13,897 bases of DNA from an uncultured archaeon (lineage in GTDB: Archaea; Asgardarchaeota; Lokiarchaeia; Sigyniarchaeales; SOKP01), in assembly GCA_964486045.1 (NCBI GenBank), contig CAZALK010000034.1, positions 1 to 13,897 of the forward strand, in the 5' to 3' direction. Shown piece after piece: positions 9,177 to 13,897 of the stretch. A model generated the notes under the pieces. The model was not told where the DNA came from and did no database searches. It saw only the letters and a program-made list of their open reading frames with translations. Both the position numbers and the translations under genes were made by a program. Positions within the stretch are counted from its first letter, which is position 1. Each line of letters starts with the position of its first letter.

Positions 9177-9485
9177 GTAATTTTTAATGCAAGATTCAAA
9201 TGATTGGTGAAGTGTTCTCATATTTAATAATCTCATAGAATTGTATATTATAAAATACATTGATTGTAGTTTTAAAAATATTTCTATATCTTCTACTGTA
9301 GCTCCTAATTGATCCAAAGTAATTTCAAAGTAGTTATATTAAGGAAAAATAAATAAAATTAGTGTTAGTTTCTTGTTAACTTATCTAATATGCACTCTTT
9401 CTTTGGAATAGAAACCCGCAAACAAAAGAAATATTCCTAAAAGAAACTGAAACTTATTTAACTCAAAGAATAGGTCATAGTTCTT

Positions 9486-9548
9486 TCAAACCTGCAACTG
9501 GTGTAGTAATCCTATTATTAAACAAGAAATTAAAAGAATTACATTCAA
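9486..9548 (-). CDS. Possible second Ile/Leu/Val-rich leader peptide MNVILLISCLIIGLLHQLQV
   Basis: TTG 9548 to TGA 9488-9486; 12 of 20 residues are I/L/V; TATAAA 19 nt upstream of the TTG. AT-richness inflates I/L codons, so support is weak. Confidence 0.3.
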   Translation of the reverse strand: MNVILLISCLIIGLLHQLQV

Positions 9549-9648
9549 TTTTTAAAGTGAAAAATAATTTATAGGTTATTTCATAAGCAATTTTATTAAT
9601 TTATAGATTTTAATAAATATAGATTAGCTCTTATCGGTGTAGTTTAAA

Positions 9649-10152
9649 ATGGTTAACCCAGACGTGTTATTAAATTTTATTAAAGAAAGAAGAAGTATCA
9701 GAACATTCCAAGATAAACAAATTCCTGATGGGGAAATAGAAATGATTTTAGAGGCAGGAAGATGGGCACCTAGTGCTTCTAACCGTCAACCTTGGAAATT
9801 TATAGTAATTAAAAATAGAGATATCTTAAAAAAAATAGCAAGTGTTACTGGTTATGGTTGGTTTATCGGCGAAGCGTCATTTGCCGTAGCTATTGTTGGA
9901 AAACCGCGTACTAGTCGTAATTGGCATGTCATTGATACTTCCTTAGTTTCAATGAATATGATGTTAATGGCTTGGTCTTTAGGAATTGGAACTTGTTGGA
10001 TAGGTTCAATGAATAAAGAAAGGGCAAAGGAAATACTTGGTATACGCAGTAATGATTATCTTTTGACTGTTTTACCATTTGGATATATTCATGGGAGTAT
10101 CCCGGATCCTACTTATAGAAAACCTTTAAATAAAATAGTAAAGGAAATTTAA
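9649..10152 (+). CDS. Nitroreductase family flavoprotein
   Basis: RRSIRTF, WAPSASNRQPWKF and LGIGTCWIG FMN-binding motifs; 167 aa. Confidence 0.92.
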   Translation: MVNPDVLLNFIKERRSIRTFQDKQIPDGEIEMILEAGRWAPSASNRQPWKFIVIKNRDILKKIASVTGYGWFIGEASFAVAIVGKPRTSRNWHVIDTSLVSMNMMLMAWSLGIGTCWIGSMNKERAKEILGIRSNDYLLTVLPFGYIHGSIPDPTYRKPLNKIVKEI

Positions 10153-10164
10153 TGTCTTGACAGA

Positions 10165-10680
10165 ATGGTAGTTAAAATAGCAATTCTGGGAGATACTCAC
10201 ATAAATTCCTTTGAGGAATTACCTAAAGAAATATTGAATGAGTTAATAGATTCAGATTGGATTATTCATGTTGGAGATTATACTTCCAAAGATGTTGTAC
10301 ATGGTTTAATTAATCTAAAAAGGGCGCACTTCCGGGGGGTTTATGGTAATGCTGATCCTATTGATGTCAGAAATCTACTTAAATCGAAAGAAATTATACA
10401 AATTTCAGGAAAAAAAATAGGTATTATCCATCCCGCTATCGGTGGTCCAGATGAAAATTTAGAAGAAAAAATTTTAATTGAGTTTGCAAATGAAGATCTG
10501 GATATCATAACTTATGGTCATTCCCATGAGTCTAGGATAATTACAAAAAAAAACATAGTACTAGTTAATCCTGGAAAAGGGTATCTTGAAATAAATCACT
10601 TTGGTCCCCCAACTACAATTGTAGTACTTTTAATAGATAACGAAGAAATTCTGGGGGAAATAAAAGAAATCAAAACCTAA
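10165..10680 (+). CDS. Metallophosphoesterase, YfcE/MJ0936 family
   Basis: GDTH, HVGD, GNAD, IIHP, YGHSH and VNPG motifs in calcineurin-like order; 12 nt after the nitroreductase gene. Confidence 0.9.
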   Translation: MVVKIAILGDTHINSFEELPKEILNELIDSDWIIHVGDYTSKDVVHGLINLKRAHFRGVYGNADPIDVRNLLKSKEIIQISGKKIGIIHPAIGGPDENLEEKILIEFANEDLDIITYGHSHESRIITKKNIVLVNPGKGYLEINHFGPPTTIVVLLIDNEEILGEIKEIKT

Positions 10681-10683
10681 AAA

Positions 10684-11229
10684 TTAAGAAATAAATATCG
10701 CAGCGGTTAATACTGTTGCCCATTCTTCTTTAACAATTGCCATTTCAGTAATATTTTTGGTTTTAACACTTTTATCTCTAATCCTTAAAAGTTCCTTATT
10801 CTCATCAAAATTAGCTTTAGAGTTAAAGGGAATTCCAAGTGAAGTTGCTAGCATTTCTAAAGCGACATTTTCAGAAATTCTCCCTAATATTTCTGGTTTT
10901 TCATCTATAGCGTGTATCTCACTTAAATAACCATAAAGGTCTTGATCTGCAGGTTGAGCTACTCCAATTGAGGAGCAAATTATTTGGTTTTTGATATTTG
11001 AGCTGATTTTACTTAAAACGGCATAAACAATTTGACCAGTTTTAAGATTTTTCAATCCTTCATTTTTACTAACTTCTTTACAATACGGAGGAATAATCGA
11101 AGAAACACTGACAAGATTGAACTTTTCTATACCAGCTTTCCTTAAAGCTTGTTCGAAAGAAAGTAATTTTGAATTTGGGGAAATCCCCCATCCTTTTACG
11201 AAAAAAATCTTTTTAGGAACTAATGACAT
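10684..11229 (-). CDS. pdaD: Pyruvoyl-dependent arginine decarboxylase
   Basis: SFEQALRKAGIEKFNLVSVSSIIPP with the Ser-Ser autocleavage site, and GYLSE. Likely start is ATG 11229 (MSLVPKKIFFVKG), not 11316. Confidence 0.88.
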   Translation of the reverse strand: MSLVPKKIFFVKGWGISPNSKLLSFEQALRKAGIEKFNLVSVSSIIPPYCKEVSKNEGLKNLKTGQIVYAVLSKISSNIKNQIICSSIGVAQPADQDLYGYLSEIHAIDEKPEILGRISENVALEMLATSLGIPFNSKANFDENKELLRIRDKSVKTKNITEMAIVKEEWATVLTAAIFIS

Positions 11230-11464
11230 AGAATTGCATTTGTTTAATACTGATCTTTTTAACCTACTAACATAAATGACCAAGAATAATTTAAAATTTC
11301 TAGAATTTTGATGCATAAAGTCAAAGAAGTAGCTGTTATTATCAAAGTATAAAATGCGATTGATAAGGAAGGGACAAATCCCTAAGCAAGATTAACTATT
11401 ACAGAGGAAGATCTTTAATAAAATCTCAAAATATATAACAACCAATAACAAATAAACATACACC

Positions 11465-12364
11465 CTAGGTTAGAATATATCCATCATCTTTAATTGTTAT
11501 TAGATTTTCTTTTAGAAATTTTTCAAAATGCTTTTCGATCATCATTATTTCTGAAATTACTTCATAATTTTCATGGTTATACCGTCTGTAAATTAAATTT
11601 TTACCTTTGAGATCAGTGGGTTGAACTGGTTTCCTTTCACTTAAATTCGATAATATCCTTCCATCTCTTTTTTGTATAACTGATTTAAAATTGTCCAATT
11701 CATTTTTAATATTGGTATTACCAACTACAGGGTCTCTATGGCCTACGACCGCGATTTCAATATCATAAGTTTTTAGTCTTTCAATTGAATTTTCAAAGTC
11801 TATTAAATTTGCGTCAATGGTTGCGTAATATGGAAATCTTGTTAAATCCATATCTCCTAAAAATGCAATTTTTGTATTCATTTCATAAAATCCGCAATGT
11901 CCCGCTGTATGACCTGGAATATGAATGATCTTTAATTTAAGACTATTCTCAGTATAGATAATGTCATTATCTTTGAAGGACTTTGAGATCGGAGTATTTT
12001 CCATATCGTATAAACCAAATAAAGCGAGGAATTCTTTTCCAGCTACTGTGTTTTCAACATTATAATAGGTTAGCATTTTATCAATATTTTCTATTGGGAG
12101 TCGATCTTTTTCATGACACATGAATTTTGAATCATGTAGCAAGTGATTTCCAGAAATATGATCTTCATGCCAATGAGAAAGTAATACATGATTTATTGGA
12201 TATTGTTTTTTTAACTTTTTTATGTAAGTACTTGATATTCCAGTATCAATTAAATAATCTCCTACTAATAAGGAATTTGAATATGGGTAGTTCGCATTCC
12301 TTTCACCTTTCACAAAAAAAATGTTATTAAAATCACTTGAAAGCTGCTGAACAAACTCTAGCAT
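11465..12364 (-). CDS. Metallo-beta-lactamase fold hydrolase
   Basis: LIDTG, SHWHEDH (HxHxDH), PGHTAGH, FLGD and VGH motifs. Likely start is ATG 12364 (MLEFVQQ); the ORF is open back to 12442. Confidence 0.88.
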   Translation of the reverse strand: MLEFVQQLSSDFNNIFFVKGERNANYPYSNSLLVGDYLIDTGISSTYIKKLKKQYPINHVLLSHWHEDHISGNHLLHDSKFMCHEKDRLPIENIDKMLTYYNVENTVAGKEFLALFGLYDMENTPISKSFKDNDIIYTENSLKLKIIHIPGHTAGHCGFYEMNTKIAFLGDMDLTRFPYYATIDANLIDFENSIERLKTYDIEIAVVGHRDPVVGNTNIKNELDNFKSVIQKRDGRILSNLSERKPVQPTDLKGKNLIYRRYNHENYEVISEIMMIEKHFEKFLKENLITIKDDGYILT

Positions 12365-12550
12365 ATAATCCCTTTTTTTAAAAATTCTAAATTGGTAAAG
12401 GTTTAGCATCTCATAAATGTGTGGATTGTAAGATCCTTTCATTTAAAATTGTTAGAGTTTTTATTCCTTTTTCTAAATTTTTAATTAGATATGCATTATG
12501 ACAAAATATAAAATTAAACTTTCAATTTCAGTTGGATGAGGTAAAAAGAA

Positions 12551-12718
12551 TTGTATTATAGCTGTCCGGAATGTTCTTCAAAAAAAAAACCTAGAACGGT
12601 AAAATATTTCCCTCCTATAGCTGTGAAATGTTTAGATTGTGGATATACTAACCTAGAACCCAAATTCATAAATCAAAAAGATATAAAATCAGTTGAACTT
12701 AATTATTTACATCAATAG
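12551..12718 (+). CDS. Small zinc-ribbon protein (55 aa, CPxC-x18-CxxCG), not in ORF track
   Basis: TTG start preceded by SD-like GAGGT (12538-12542); translation MYYSCPECSSKKKPRTVKYFPPIAVKCLDCGYTNLEPKFINQKDIKSVELNYLHQ; stop TAG 12716-12718. Confidence 0.8.
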   Translation: MYYSCPECSSKKKPRTVKYFPPIAVKCLDCGYTNLEPKFINQKDIKSVELNYLHQ

Positions 12719-12828
12719 TTCCATATTTCTAATTATTTTTTAATTTAAGAATAGGTTTCTAAATTAAAATTATTGTAAAAGTTTAAAATAAATTTCTTTT
12801 TTATCATTCTTAAAAAAAAGTCTATAGA

Positions 12829-13897
12829 ATGCTTATTATGAGAAAATTAATTAAAAATAGGAAGTCAATAATTTTTGTATTAATCTTAATCAACATTTTG
12901 CTAATACCATTTATTTCACAAATCACAAATAATTTTATTCCTAAAAGTAAGCTTAATACCGAATTTAAACCAAAACTTAGTGCTCCCCCTTCAATTGTAA
13001 TAGATATCCCGAGTGGGAATGATCTTTTTGGAAGCACAGCACCCGATTATAATGTAACAACAATAGATGGAGGCGATGGAATAAATGAAACATGGTATAC
13101 TATTGATGCTGGGAGTACAAATATTACATTTTCAGGTAATGGAACCATAGACCAAAATGAATGGAACCTGCGCCCTAATGGAACAGTTACAATCACATTC
13201 TATGTAAATGATACTTTAGGAGTAGAATCTTCAGATTCTGTAAGTGTTTATAGAGATGTGTTAGCACCTTCAATTACAATTAATTCCCCTAACGATAATG
13301 ATGTGTTGAATTCCACAGCTCCTGTATTTGATGTTACCATAACCGACGGCAATCTCGATACCATGTGGTACTTTATCGCCGGATCATCAGTAAATCGAAC
13401 ATTTTTGGGGAACGGACAGTTTGATCAAAATGATTGGGATGGAATTGCGAATGGTACACTTACTACAATTACGTTCTATGCAAATGATACACTTGGCAAT
13501 GAAACCTCACAATCGGTAAGTTTCTACGTTGATAGATTAGCACCTTCAATCATAATTAATTCCCCTAACGATAATGATGTGTTGAACGCCACAGCTCCCG
13601 TATTTGATGTTACTATAACCGACGGTAATCTCGATACCATGTGGTACTTTATCACCGGATCATCGGTAAATCGAACGTTTTTGGGGAACGGGCAATTTAA
13701 CCAAAATGATTGGGACGGTATTGCGAACGGTACACTTACTACAATTACGTTCTATGCAAATGATACCTTTGGAAATGAAACCTCGCAATCAGTAAGCATC
13801 TATGTTGATAGATTAGGACCATCGATCGTAATTACCTCACCGAGTGATAATGATGTATTCAACGCAACGGCTCCTATATTTGATGTCACTATTACAG
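12829..13897 (+). CDS. Secreted/surface glycoprotein with tandem Ig-like repeats (3'-truncated by window), not in ORF track
   Basis: ATG 12829 (or 12838); basic then hydrophobic N-terminus RKLIKNRKSIIFVLILINILLIPFIS; frame open to window end; ~92-aa beta-rich repeats APSITINSP...DTMWY...ITFYANDTLGNE; many N-x-S/T sequons. Confidence 0.9.
   Translation, partial: MLIMRKLIKNRKSIIFVLILINILLIPFISQITNNFIPKSKLNTEFKPKLSAPPSIVIDIPSGNDLFGSTAPDYNVTTIDGGDGINETWYTIDAGSTNITFSGNGTIDQNEWNLRPNGTVTITFYVNDTLGVESSDSVSVYRDVLAPSITINSPNDNDVLNSTAPVFDVTITDGNLDTMWYFIAGSSVNRTFLGNGQFDQNDWDGIANGTLTTITFYANDTLGNETSQSVSFYVDRLAPSIIINSPNDNDVLNATAPVFDVTITDGNLDTMWYFITGSSVNRTFLGNGQFNQNDWDGIANGTLTTITFYANDTFGNETSQSVSIYVDRLGPSIVITSPSDNDVFNATAPIFDVTIT
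13261..13897 (+). repeat. Intragenic 276-nt tandem repeat (units start 13261, 13537, 13813; diverged unit from ~12982)
   Basis: Units 13261-13536 and 13537-13812 align without gaps. Hand count gives about 25 nt and 6 aa differences. Confidence 0.95.

Noticed and set aside
9177-9317. Treating the whole 68-aa ORF 9111..9317 as an ordinary protein gene
   Set aside because: No domain features; TATA-like sequences lie inside it (about 9254-9247 and 9230-9221 on the - strand), so a shorter leader from an internal ATG seems more plausible.
10165-10680. Vps29 retromer-like eukaryotic signature protein
   Set aside because: The YfcE/MJ0936 family is widespread in prokaryotes and no trafficking genes are adjacent.
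11311-11418. Stop-interrupted + strand frame (MHKVKEVAVIIKV*NAIDKEGTNP*ARLTITEEDL*) and small hairpin AGGGA-CAAA-TCCCT
   Set aside because: Too short and without a recognisable motif; a 5-bp stem is expected by chance.
12127-13037. Track ORFs 12127..12330 (+) and 12822..13037 (-)
   Set aside because: Antisense to the MBL hydrolase and the surface-protein gene respectively.
13261-13812. 276-nt repeats as a diversity-generating retroelement TR/VR pair or CRISPR array
   Set aside because: Differences are mostly synonymous and not adenine-specific, units are contiguous and in frame, and no reverse transcriptase, cas gene or spacers are present.

Overview
AT-rich archaeal DNA, most consistent with an Asgard (Lokiarchaeia-like) genome; this is inferred from gene style (archaeal-type LeuC/LeuD, pyruvoyl-type arginine decarboxylase, TrmB-like protein, sequon-rich Ig-like repeat surface protein), not from a search. 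Left to right: (1) a tight + strand accessory cluster of an unknown helical protein, a putative antitoxin-like protein, a HEPN protein and one gene broken by a single in-frame TAA; (2) a 751-aa TrmB-like protein whose wHTH and PLD-like domains are separated by about 520 aa of helical/coiled-coil sequence with a hydrophobic-basic motif at its exact midpoint; (3) a leuA-leuC-leuD operon (- strand) preceded by a 621-nt intergenic region; (4) nitroreductase, metallophosphoesterase, arginine decarboxylase and MBL-fold hydrolase genes; (5) a 55-aa zinc-ribbon microprotein and a truncated Ig-like repeat surface protein, both absent from the ORF track. The most interesting signal lies upstream of leuA: a short ORF ending in four tandem Leu codons, followed by competing RNA pairings that can mask an SD-like sequence. 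This is a candidate leucine-sensing ribosome-mediated attenuator in an archaeon, with a possible second Ile/Leu/Val-rich module further upstream.
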